Shown in pieces: positions 24,219-54,364 of a stretch of 64,000 bases of DNA. The stretch's first letter is position 1. Each line of letters begins with the position of its first letter. The notes beneath the pieces are model-generated. The model had not been told where the DNA came from. It saw nothing but the letters and a program-made list of their open reading frames with translations, and searched no databases. The stretch spans positions 12,276,001 through 12,340,000 of the forward strand of contig OZ281501.1 of assembly GCA_965637545.1 (NCBI GenBank), given 5' to 3'. Source of the stretch: Phallusia mammillata. Its lineage: Eukaryota. The position numbers and the translations under genes are program-made.

Positions 24219-24881
24219 TGTTACATCTTATTTGCCAGTAATTGCAGATTTCTATAGATTCCCGCATTTCCTCAGTACAACTTGTGTTGTAATCTATTGC
24301 GTTGTGTGACGTAACAATGGACTGCCAGTTTTGTGTGATAACGCAACGTGGTTTAGTTCTTTTCGTTGCTGACTTCCGTGGAGCACGGTGCTGCGTCGGT
24401 TGAATTAGAAAAGGCTATTTATTGTCGTGTTGACGATTATTGTATTTCTGTTTTATCTTCACGTGAAGCGTGACTTATTCTGTACTGTCGCCAAACATAG
24501 CTTGGTAAGAACTGTGTGTGACGTCATAAAGGCGCAGTGTGGTGACATATGTTATTGTATGTTTAGGTGTGTACCAGTAATTGATGCGAGTTGAATACCC
24601 GTGCTATTTACTCTCTCCGGTTACCACAACAGTTGGTAAGATTTGTGCTATATTTCTGCATTTAAAGCGCAGTGTGTTAATGTCATGCTTTATGCAGAAA
24701 CCGTTTCCTATACGTTTCCTATTCGTTTTCATCGTCCTACATTCAAAGAATTCGCCTAATAAGATCAGCAAAACATCTATCTGTGTGGACTGGTTGTTGG
24801 AGGCTATTAGGAATCGCGTTTCAATTCTCTCCTCGTGTGACGTTCCGCGCTATAACCGGGGCGCGTTCACGGGACGTTACA
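24219..24881 (+). repeat. 3' LTR of BEL/Pao element
   Basis: Direct repeat of 17320-17982. Confidence 0.97.
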
Positions 24882-27093
24882 ATAGCGTTTTGCTGACAAT
24901 TTGCGCGTTAAACTCTGGTAATGAAAATTGCACTGTCAAAGTTAAGCGCTGGAACCATAAATGATCAACAGTGGCCTCAAATTTACAAAAAAAATTTCTT
25001 TGAGTATGTGCTGGTATTACACATGAAAAATACATGTGCCACCAAAAAAAACGAAGCAAGAAACTGTATTTTCTACAGGTCTGCAGTACTATTTGGTCCC
25101 ATATTTAGATGTTTTGAATACGGTGTTGACATATGATGCAATATAAAGCAATGCAGATCGAATTGCAAACAAGGGCGTAGATCCTTAGTAAATGCTACAA
25201 ATAAAATAACCAAAAAATGACACAAGCATGTGACAACCATTTTTGTCATGCTCGATTGACGTATTTCATTAAATCTAAACAGTTGTTTACAGTTTACCCC
25301 AAAATATCCTTTGGTATGTTTAAAATTATTTCACTAAAATAATCTTAGTCTCTGCGTATGGTGACATGGCATTTTTAAAGTTCTCGGAACGAATTCAGTT
25401 ACTCACATTAGCAACAGATTTCGCAAGGCCTTGACTGGTTCGATGTTATACAGTATCGTACTGTCACAGGTATTTTATTCGACGAAAATGACTTCTTGGA
25501 AAATCGCACGTGTTCTTATTGTATAAGATTGTTTCCATCTTAAGGTCACGAGCCCGGCTATTCATTCTGTCGGAATGGGCATTGCACAATTTCTACTGCG
25601 ATGGTTGCGAAAACAACATTGTTGGGATTACTTTAACTGTCAGTAAATCAATTGCTCTTTTGACCTTTCGAAAGTGCCATTGTATTATTATTATTGCATG
25701 AAGCTTGCTATTTATAGATAAAGCATTCAAATTTTCAAGACGTTTGCTTTACAAAATATTTTTGGTGTAATTTTGAAACCTCGTTGTTTGTGTTATTCCA
25801 GTCAAACCTTTCTAGGCTGCCTAAACTTGTTCAACACCCAAACGAACGTGCAGACTACAGGAAACAGAAACGTTGATAATTACATGAAAATAATAAATAT
25901 TTATTCTTTAATATTCGTTCGAAGCTTCGGTACCTTTGCACGTAAAAAGATCAATTGCAACAAACAACAAAAATTTATACTAACAGTGTGACGTAACGCA
26001 ATTTGTAAACACTTGTACGTCAAAAAAAGTACGTTTTCGAGGCAATAACGCGAAAATATGCTCGTTCCACCTGTGCGCCAAGAAAAAAAAAACGGTAAAA
26101 CCGTTTTGTGACCATGTTGATATTGGCTTTGGGCCTCATATAATCCGGAAAAACCGACTTTGGCCGAGGCCTCGTATACAATAGCTAAAGTTTGTAAAAA
26201 AACGTTTAGCAGATGGAGTACAACGAAGTAATTAGGCTGGAAATACCGGCGTGCATATGTGTTTAACATATTCGCAAAACTTATTAATTAAAGGAATTAC
26301 GGTTGGTGGTACTTGACAACACAATGCTCAGTCAATTATTCGGCAAAAATAGGTTTGCGCACCACTATTCGTGTTCGGCGTTAGTTTAAAAGGTAAATTC
26401 TGTAAAGGCAAAGTACCGACAAAAGACAGTAGTAAAAAAATACAAAATCGATTTTAAAATCAAAAAAGCTTGCAATAAATACGCGATAGCAGCAGCAGCA
26501 GATAAGGTAAAAATGCACGATCTGTGTGGCGAAAGACGACAATTTTGAAGCGCAAAGAAAATAATTTAACACGTCATGAAAAGTCGTTAAACTTTATCAC
26601 TTTGAAACATTGCCAACGCGACGAATTCTTTAACAATTGAGCAATTGGAACATGAAAGCACGCGAGGCGGAAAAGAACGAGACTAAAATTTTGCATTAAT
26701 TTTCGTTCAGCAGCATCATACAGTGAAGATTTAAAGCCTTGGGGGCGGGCAAATAAAAAACGCGACAAAAAAGGAATTTCTGGCTATAAGCGTGCTCTTG
26801 TAACAACGCGCGTTTCAATTTGGCCTGTTGCCCCTTGACATTTTACAAATGCTAGCGGTACGTTGGGTCGATAAGGTACAGAATGGGTCGCGCCTGAGAC
26901 CTTGGTTGGCATGGTTTCAGGGACTATTGTAATCACGTGATCGTCTTTTCCTGTTCCAGTCGAAACGTTTTCGGGCTCTCCGGAAGCTTCTTTGTCGTCA
27001 GAGCTTTTTATGTCGTTGCGTCTGCAATTGAATCGAATGATTATTTAGATGGCGCCGATAAAGGTACAGTGAAATTGGTCCCGGCATGCACCC

Positions 27094-28405
27094 CTAATTT
27101 GGGTCTGAGGACCAATTTGCCATCGATTTATGCTTGCTGTAACCAAACTCAGACACATTCAAATCAAATCAAGGGATGCTAAAATGCTTTTAACTGATCA
27201 TGCAACAGTTAACTGAATCATAGCATAAACGCAAACCAACCTCTTAACGTATTGCGAGACCAAGCAACAGCCCAAGACCACGGACAAAACACCAAATGCA
27301 AGATACGGTGCGATCCTTCCAAGCATGCTTTCCGAGCCTTTGGAGTATCTCTGATTTCCGTCGGATTCACCTGCTAGAACGTCGGGATATTCGCCAGATT
27401 CGTCTTTGCTTACTTCTAAAGTCCTGACTTTACATCTTTCGCCAGTGTACATTCTGTTGCATCTGAATAATATCAAGGCAAGAAAATATTATTCACTGTA
27501 TTCTATTGTATAGTGTTATAGTTGTTGTGCTGATTGCACTCATGGTGTTTTCAACTTACCGACAAAACTTGGCTTCTGGGTTTCCGATTGAGCGATAGCA
27601 GATGCCATTTCCTAGGCAGAAATCTTGGTCTTCACATAATTCTTCAGCCCCGTCATAAGCTGTGACGTAACAAAATATACGTTACTCATTACAGTCGTTA
27701 TAAGTGTGACTCATTGTTATTCAGCCTCAAGTGTTTTCAAACTAAAACGGTTATTGAATGTTAATACACAGGTGTAAACACTTACGGATTTTCCTGCATG
27801 TGTTGCCGCTTGCTTGGAACTCCTCGGTATTGTATAACTTCATAATCAGGGTTTTGTTACTTTCACAGGCCACGCTGAGGGCCTTGCACTGGGTGACTGG
27901 CCATACAATTTGCGTCGTGCAGTAGTATGACGTCTTTTCGTTGGCAACTGGCCGATAAACACTGCAGTCGATCCGACAGACGCACGTTTTTGAAACTGGA
28001 AGTAAATTCAGTGTTGTAAACTCTGTCCAGCACGCTCCAATTGTCTTGTGACGTAATAATAAGCACTTTGGTTACCTTTGTCGCATGTGCCCATGAAATT
28101 GCAGTCTTCGTCTGTGAGGCAGGCATTAGCAACGTAAGTCGAGATTATCAGTTGCAGGACAAGAATGAAGCCTAAACACAAAACAGCGCTGATTAGTAAT
28201 AATTCGACGAATTTTAAGTTTGCTTGAATGTTTCCGCGCAAACCAAAGAGAGTTGCACAGACTAATCTTGAAATCGTGATTGCTGGCAGGTAGCGGTGGT
28301 CATAAACAAGCCGGTTTTTAACGTACACATTCGAATATTTGTTACGCAATTCTTGCACCGCAGGCTAAATTTCTTACCCAGAGTAATTTGTTGTGCAGTG
28401 TTCAT
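27094..28405 (-). CDS. 232-aa type I membrane protein: signal peptide, 10-Cys follistatin-like module, EGF domain, TM helix and short tail (TMEFF/tomoregulin-like or ErbB-ligand-like)
   Basis: Six phase-consistent exons (28405-28378, 28171-28076, 27995-27786, 27659-27560, 27462-27241, 27136-27094; 699 nt) translate to MNTAQQITLGFILVLQLIISTYVANA-CLTDEDCNFMGTCDKVSKTCVCRIDC...YYCTTQIVWPVTQCKALSVAC...NTC-...CEDQDFCLGNGICYRSIGNPEAKFCRCNRMYTGERC...IAPYLAFGVLSVVLGCCLVSQYVKSKHKSMANWSSDPN*. Confidence 0.82.
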
Positions 28406-31400
28406 GTTCGTTTTTTTTAGGTTGTAGAAATCTTCAGTTCAGCAGTAACACTTAGTTCAGTAACAAAAGCAGTTGTTTTGTAAACACGATAGTTATTTTC
28501 TCTGAAAAAAATCGTTGCAGTTAGCAGATTGTAAATAGCAGTTTTGTCTCATAAATGAAGCAGTTTATACACCTATTTGCAAAAAATGTGATTCCCAGCA
28601 ACTTAAATTTAAGTTAAGCTTTGAATCATATTTTTATTGCAAATTATGATCTGGCGTATTCTTCACTGTTCTGACTTAACGACTTGCTAAACGGCAAATT
28701 TGTTTTTGCTTCAAACATGATCTCACTGAAAAAAAATAATGATTTGTAACCCCTATCTGTAATGCTGTCACTATGATGAAATATTCTGTATAACTTATAC
28801 TGCTAACTTATGGGCTACTTTGAAAACAAGAAGCAATTTCGCAATCTATTGCTTCTACATTCGTACTGCCAACCGAAATTCCAAGAAGCACCCAGAGGTG
28901 GATGGTGCTGCCTAGCTTATATCAGCAATGTGACTTGCTAACAAACACGCTTGAGCACGTATGTAGTGATGGCGCACGTGTTCACTGCACGTGTTTCTTC
29001 ACTGACTTACTGTCATACTGAGAAGTTGCTTGGGATTTTATACGCGAGCGTTGGACGTCATGCGCCTTCTTCGTACCGGAGGCCAGTTATACAGCGCTGG
29101 TGGCGACTCGCTATTTCTAAACTTCGGGCGGTTATTCTTAATGTTTAGGAGAATCTGATGAAGATCAGGTTTCTGATAGGTTAGTAAAGTGTCTAAACAT
29201 TATATTTACTCACAGGTTTAAGAATACTTTTAAAATGCATGACCAAGTAAATTTACACAAAAACATCACATGATTTTGTCGAAGTTTAAGTGAAACAAAT
29301 TTTAAATTTGATAGATTATAAACACAGTTTATAGACCGGTATTTATCACACAAATAAAAGTACGCTCTTTTCGTTTTGTTTGTGCCTTATAAATAAATTT
29401 ATATTCCCCTTTCGACATTTTAAGAAAGCGGTACATTTGGTCAGTTTTTTTGTCTTTAACTATTTAGTTGATTTCACAAAATATGTGCATGTACTGTCAC
29501 TTTTTATTAAACTAACGTGGTGCTCTAATGGTCTTGCACAAAAAATTGCTTGTCGTGAATGACTGCGAAAAAATATTCGAAAACTGCAGGTAATTTAAAT
29601 ACGAATTTAAATTTGCTTGACCGCACGTTTGAGTAAAAGCACTATGCAGAATGATGAGCAAGTTCTATGGAAATTTCCTATGACTATCGTTCCAAGATTG
29701 TCAGTGAAGTAGATCACCTAAACAACCTGTTATCGAGAAGGTTCTTTGTGAGTCAACTATAGACCTGCAAGTCACAGTTCAATGTACTTTCTACCAAACG
29801 TTTTGGGGTCGAAACGGAAACGCCAAAAACAATTTAGGGACCGAATTGGCGTATATAAATTACCATCTAATTTGCTGTGCGGTCAGGCTACATTTTTTGG
29901 TCGGGCCACACCGGCTCGACGAAAAAAGCGAAACAAAACTTCTTTGCTTGGAGCGATTTGGCGGTATTTACCAAGACGAGATCTGCGGCGAGCAGTGCAA
30001 TACAGCGAGAAAAACTAAAGACTGATTACTACGAAAGGTTTTGGTTGTTTTAATGCGAGCTTAATCAACGTGAACTCACACGCACCGAAAATTGGCTGCT
30101 TTGTGGTGGATTCCCTTGTGAACGGAATTATCGCGCCAATCTTGACCATAAAATGCGAGACACGCCTTGTAACGATTTAAAAACTTTGGGCTTTGTGTTT
30201 TTTCGCAGATGGTTCCTATACATTTCCATAAACAAAGCGATATTTTTATGACGAGATACAATGATCACGAAATGAAACTCAACAAATTTAAAAAGTTGCG
30301 ACCAACATTTATTTACTTAATGATCAAAAACACATTAACAATGGCAAATTTGGACATAGGGCAAAAAGCATTAATTTAAGGTCGAAACGTCTTACAAAAC
30401 TCAATCATAATGCAAACTTGTGGTATAGGTTGTGTGACTTGTCAAATTCGGCTTGGTCTTTCTCGCTAACTCATCATTTTTCGTGCGACGGGAAGGATTT
30501 GCTGACTAACAGCTGAACAGTTTTACCCCATTTTAGGCCTGAACACAACCGAAACAATTTCCTGCACTCTGACCCGAAATAACTGGATAATAATGTTGTG
30601 AACCCATGGTTGATATTTCGATTGAGCATATGTTCTAACATGGTGGTGAGTGACATAGTGGTTGTCACGACAAGTCACACTTCTTCATGTTGTTAAAAAA
30701 AGACTTTCAGGTAAAAAATAAACGTGTGTTGTCCAGTTATGTAAGTTTTAGGTTGTCAACCATATTTAACACTTGTGAGATAGTTCTCCCGTCTTGAAAT
30801 AACTTGTCACTTTTTAGGTGTGAAAAATAAACGCCAAAAAATAGGCTACTATTTAAAATATTCTTGAGCGCAAGGAGTGTGTTTCTTTAAAATCTCTTTC
30901 TGATCAATCGACTCAACCTAGTACCCTTGGGCAAGATCAAAAACAAATAAAGGATCGAAATTTAAATATTGCATGGAAAGCAAACAAATAGATAGGTGAT
31001 AGGGATCACTTGTCAATTTTTTTTTCAAATAGGATACTAATTTTTAATACAAACCATAATCAAATTGCTATGAAATGATTTTTTACTCAGCCAGACTCTG
31101 CGTTTATTGCAAAACATTGAGCAAAAATTCAGGCATTTTAAGTGATTAATTTGCGTGTTACGGACTGACGTGAAAACTAAGTCTCACAACTTACAAGCCA
31201 ATCCCACGCGATCCATTCACAAAAATTTGCTGAAGTGAATTTTTATGTTTCGGAAGACTGCGGTCCTACAAGCGTTACGTAATACGCTGGTGACATCATC
31301 GATACGAATTTGCTCAGCTTGACATCAACTTTCGTGTTTTAAAGTGAATCAGAAACTGACGAAATTTACAGCAATTGGCAAATATTGAAAACAGAGTCGC

Positions 31401-34400
31401 CAGCGAAACGTAATGGGTGGAAATTTTGAAACATATTTTCGATTTGTATTATAACGACGCGTCATCTCCAGGAAATTGTTAAATTGAACAAGGTCATAAA
31501 AAACTGACGTTCATCGTAAGTGAAGCAGTGTCCAAAGCGTTTTTGATGCTTTGCCTACTGCATTTGTCAAATTGTCAATTTTAATTAACAGTAATTTAAC
31601 AGATTATTGGTATGATTGTAATATCTTTGTTGGATATTTTGAGTTGCAGACACGACAAGCCGGAAAGAGATGCGTTCCGACTAATTTCGTTTTGCGATCG
31701 TGGGAATTTCGGTCATTGTTCTTATTTTGTTAGTTTGTTTCTAAATTTAGCAGTATTCCTTGCTGTTGTTTTATGAAACTGTTAAATTTGTCACAGCTAA
31801 ATTTTATTCAAGCTAATATTGTAAATGTCTGTTATAATGTATTTTTGGAACATAAAAAATATTGCCTGAAGAGAAATGATTCCGCGCAAATAAAAAACGT
31901 TGTTTTGGAAACAAGAACATTGATCTTATCATCGTGGAACATTATGATGACAAACAAGTGACGAAAAACAGGTCCACAGCAAACAAACATTCGCACCAAG
32001 GTAAATTCCGTCTTCAAATCACAAAAACACCCTTTTCCCCTTTTGCGATTTTCTCAACAACAACAATATATTAGTGACACGTCATAGCGTTCGCAGGGGA
32101 TTTCATCTTTCGTAATCACTATACTGACGCGGTCTGTTGGCCTTGATGACGTCGCGCGGTGAGAGAAAGTCGGCTTTGATCGGAAGAGAAGTGAATCTTG
32201 AACGTCGCGATGCGAATTCGAAGGACGCTAAATTTAACGCCTGGCGTGTGCATGCTGCAACAGCAAGTTGGCCATGAGGTTCTGATTGTCTGTGCGCCAT
32301 GCGTTAGATTGGCTTAGACTGACGCTTGAACACATTCGCCCGCGGCAAAATAAAGTTTTGTCTGTCGAAAAGATTACTTCATTTAATCGGCATAAGGAAG
32401 ATCGGTGATTACAAAGCCGTTCGACCGGGCGAAATCGCTGGTTCTATACACTACGGGCTGTTACAGTGAAAACTAGCATTCAAATGCAATTCAATCCCGG
32501 ATGGTGAGCTTTCAATCCGCGATGTTTCGATACTGATAAGTTTGATTGCAACCCGGAGAACGCGAAGAAAATGTTTCAATGCAAATCACAGCGACAATAA
32601 GAAAATTGGCCAGCGGGTTAAAGAGAAACATTGTCCCAAGGTTCTGATCGCCTCTAATGTCAGGTTAAGCGTTTCGGTCATTTGCATATTTGGAAACATC
32701 GACACTTACAGCACAGCGTTACAACGACACAAGTTTCAGTCATATGAAAAGGTGATTTGGTCTAGTGGTGACCAAACCCTAATTGGTCCTATAACGTGAC
32801 GCAATGACTTATTTCTAGTTTCATTGGCTATAAACAGATCACACTATATGAGACATAGGACTCATACATAGCTTTGTAGTGCTAAGAAAGGCGTGGTTAA
32901 AAATATATCCAAGTCGAGAGCCGGAAATATACTTTGACAAGTCTCTTCCGTTTAGCTCTATCCCACATTAGCAGCCAATACACGTTGCGTTTGGCGCGTC
33001 ACTTCCGGCTGACGTCACGCAAGGCGCTGGTATCACGATGGATGGACCATTGGCACGCGTCGCTTTGTAAACGTGAAATGCCATCTGTTCTCTAGTAATA
33101 GGATTTCAATGGAACGACGTGAAACCATGTTAAGTGAGAAGTTTATTTCCGGCAAAAGTTGCAGCAACCAAATTTTTTTTATCAGATATTAAATTGAATT
33201 TTTACCAGCCCTCCAAGTCGCTATTTTATTCACATAAAATAAGATTGCTGTAAGCCAGGAAGTTTATCTAATAAAAAACATTTATGTGAACAAGTGAGCA
33301 TGTATTTTTTATATTGCAGTTTGTAACGAAATTGTGTTGCCGACAAATTATCTTATGAGCGGCGTACTGTAGTTGGAAATTAAAACGTTTTTGGCAACGT
33401 CCTTTCGGTTTCATGAACACCAAAATATCCACATGGAAACACGCTTGCGGCTGTTGCGTTTTTCAGACGTTTGCTGGTGAAATTAAGGCCAAAAAATGAT
33501 GCTTTTTGATGCCTTGGTTTTGGACATTATAACTAAGAAACACAAGATAGTTTTATTGAAGATTTTCTCAAATCTTGTTTTAACCACATAATTTAGTGAT
33601 TTATTTACAGCGACCAAACAGTAGTTCTATTTTTTCCAAATGCGTTTACATCGCCATGATTTAATCTAAGTTTTTGAGGCAATGTTTACAACCCATCCTT
33701 GAGAAATCTTGAAGCGCAACCGCAATGTATGAGTGGATTTGGCGGATTCTTAAACAAAACCCTGTCGTTGTCGTTTATTTGTGCAAATCTTTAGGCGCGT
33801 CAAACCGAATCGAGAAAATCAAACCAAATTGACCTGGTAAATTTGGGATGGGGCGAGACAAGCAGACAACAAACACATTTTTAAACACGCGATATTACCA
33901 TGTGGACCAGATCGCCCCTTTGGCTATTTGGCGATTTTATCCTACCTTTATTGTTTGCGGATATCCGCTACGAGCTATCCAGACCAAAAGATCGATTTGA
34001 CAATTAATGATACTAATGTGCAGGAAAATCGTTAACGTGGCGCAATAAATCATATCAAGCTTTTGCTGTCAGCTAAACTAGGATACCCGAACGATCTTGT
34101 GGAAAAATTGATTAAAACTTGTACCGTTTTGCCTTTCTGTGCCTTTCTTGTTGTATTTTTAGATCAAACTGCAATATAACGGCTAAAATAATTATCATCC
34201 ACGGGCATCGAAATTTAAAACAACAAAATAGCCCACATTAGTTTTGGAGCAATCGGCGAAATTGTTTGATAAACAAGTGATGCTTAGGCTACATTGTGCT
34301 GTCGCATTAGCCATGCTTTCTGAGCCCCTGTTTTGAAAACATATTATGTACTGTTAATCTAATTTCGATGTGCTTTATATATTTAAAAACGGAATATGGA

Positions 34401-34897
34401 CACAACTCGGTAACCCGCTGCGTTTAAAATTATACAACCAGCAACAAGCTTTTGTCCGTTTTTAAACTGCTGCATATGCTACCAACCGTCTATCTTTATG
34501 ATTTATCACAGTCATATTTTCCGATCGATATTTGTGAAGATTAACATTGCTTAAACTCTACATCGTGCTGACTGGAATCAATTTTTACAAGACAAAGCAT
34601 ATGCTACTTGACACTTGAAATGCCTTTACAGCCACCTAGCGGTGACTTTAGTTTTGAACACGATTTGCTAAAAGTCGCTGTTTCGTAAATAGTCATGCAT
34701 GAGCGATTCACACAACAGGTTGTAGTTGCAGCATATGAGAAGGCGTTTGGCAACGTGGTTTGTAGTTATTGTTAAAAGTATCTGTTTCACTTTTTAGTTG
34801 TTGTAATGTGGTATGTTTGTACGTTTTGTTTACAAGCTGCGTTCTTCCACCCAGCAACATCCGTTTATAAGATAGAAAAATATTGTTATGCAAGGCG

Positions 34898-35278
34898 GTC
34901 ACGTATAAAACTGCGGGCCCACTTGGATTACTTGGCCCGCTTGGCCCAGCACTTGGCTCGCTTCATGCAATTAAAAAACTGTGGGCCCGCTTGGCACGCT
35001 TCTCGCAAGTATCAAAACTGCGGGCCTGCCTCTCGCAGGGAAAAACCGCGGGCCCACTATATCTAAATCTAATGCTTGTCGCGGCTCTTGCAAGGAAAAA
35101 CTGCGGGCCCACTATATCCAGTGCTTGTCGCGTCTCTCGCAGGGAAAAACCACAGGCCCATTATATCCAGTACTTGTCGCGTCTCGCGCAAATACAAAAA
35201 CTGTGGGCCTGCAGTTTTTTCTATTGCATGGGGCATGCCAAGTGCTGGGCCTACTTGGCCCGCACTTTTAGATGTGAC
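34898..35278. mobile_element. Probable MITE or foldback element with imperfect terminal inverted repeats and internal ~49-bp tandem units, ending 137 bp upstream of the DHX16 ATG
   Basis: Left end GTCACGTATAAAACTGCGGGCC versus reverse complement of right end GTCACATCTAAAAGTGCGGGCC. A second inverted match GGCCCAGCACTTGGC. About seven AAAAC(T/C)G(C/T)GGGCC-like motifs. No TSD found. Confidence 0.6.
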
Positions 35279-35414
35279 TCGATCAAAGGCACATTTTGGT
35301 TTTTAGTGTGTAGCATAGATTTTGAATTTTTTTGTATTGTTGCAACAGGGCATCTAACGCTTAGTTTTTCTTCAAATAAAAAGAAAGCTGGTCTTGTAAA
35401 TTTATGTCTGAAGA

Positions 35415-46642
<11,228 letters not shown>

Positions 46643-46647
46643 ACTTA

Positions 46648-53392
<6,745 letters not shown>

Positions 53393-54248
53393 AGCTTAAT
53401 TATTCTTTACATTCTGCGTAAAAGGTCAAAAGATGTTTAAAGATGCATTAACATCTCAAAAACAAGTCGTTTTGAGTTTGTCCACATACGCATTACCAAA
53501 AAAATATATTTGTGTGTTTTAAGGTTAACGAATAATTACTGTATTCACTGACATGTTTTCGCATCTATACAAAAATTGACATATTTTTTGAGTCAAATGT
53601 TGCAACTATTTTTGTTCATAATGAGGCAATAATTACGTGCTTGAGCCTCTTTGGTTACTATGGCTACAAATGACCATCGGTGGCGCACGCCAGTATGTAT
53701 TTATTCTGGGACATTTTTTGTGATTTTCTATGATAGTTCAAAAACTCATTCTTAAGACAAAATTGATGCTTGTTGGCATGTTTAGGTTATGTTTTTTGTC
53801 AAACTTTCTGGTTTCTTATCACTGTGTTTTAATCACAATTACTTTACACAAACCATGCAGAAAAGTTTTAATTGGTAACACATGTAAGCAAATACTTGAT
53901 TCGTCACGCTGATGCTCAGATCTATCGATGGTTACCCTGAAAAGTTTTTGTTTGTCCATGCAAAATAAATACTTTTTTCTATACCTTTGATGGCGGTTCT
54001 GAAGATAAAATGCTTTCGTCAGACTGTTTGATTTGGGTTGATGGAAAAATATTTTTTTCTTTTTTTCCTTTTTCAGTCTTTGGAGGTCCACAACTAATGG
54101 CCAAAAATACGTGTACATGTACAAGCAAAAAGGTGACCCAAACACAAAACATTGCAATAAGTAAGATGAGTTAATCGCATTCTTTTAACTCTCCGAACTC
54201 TCAAAACAATTTGAAGGTCAGGTACACTATTCACGGTTTTGAATAATC

Positions 54249-54364
54249 TGAGCAAAAAAATCAGAGCCAGTATATTGGTGTATAACATAACTACGATGAC
54301 AATAGCACTTGTCGAAACGTAGTTATGTTATACACCAATATACTGGCTCTGATTTTTTTGCTCA
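54249..54364. repeat. Perfect 47-bp inverted repeat (116-nt hairpin)
   Basis: Arm 54249-54295 is the exact reverse complement of 54318-54364, with a 22-nt loop. Flanked by the direct repeat CAATTTGAAGGTCAG (54207-54221, 54363-54377). Confidence 0.92.

Larger units (their letters stand above)
17320..24881 (+). mobile_element. Full-length BEL/Pao LTR retrotransposon, recently inserted
   Basis: Two 663-bp LTRs (TGTTAC...GTTACA) that I read as identical, 5-bp TSD ATAGC (17315-17319, 24882-24886), G-rich PPT before the 3' LTR, and a single gag-pol frame. Confidence 0.97.
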
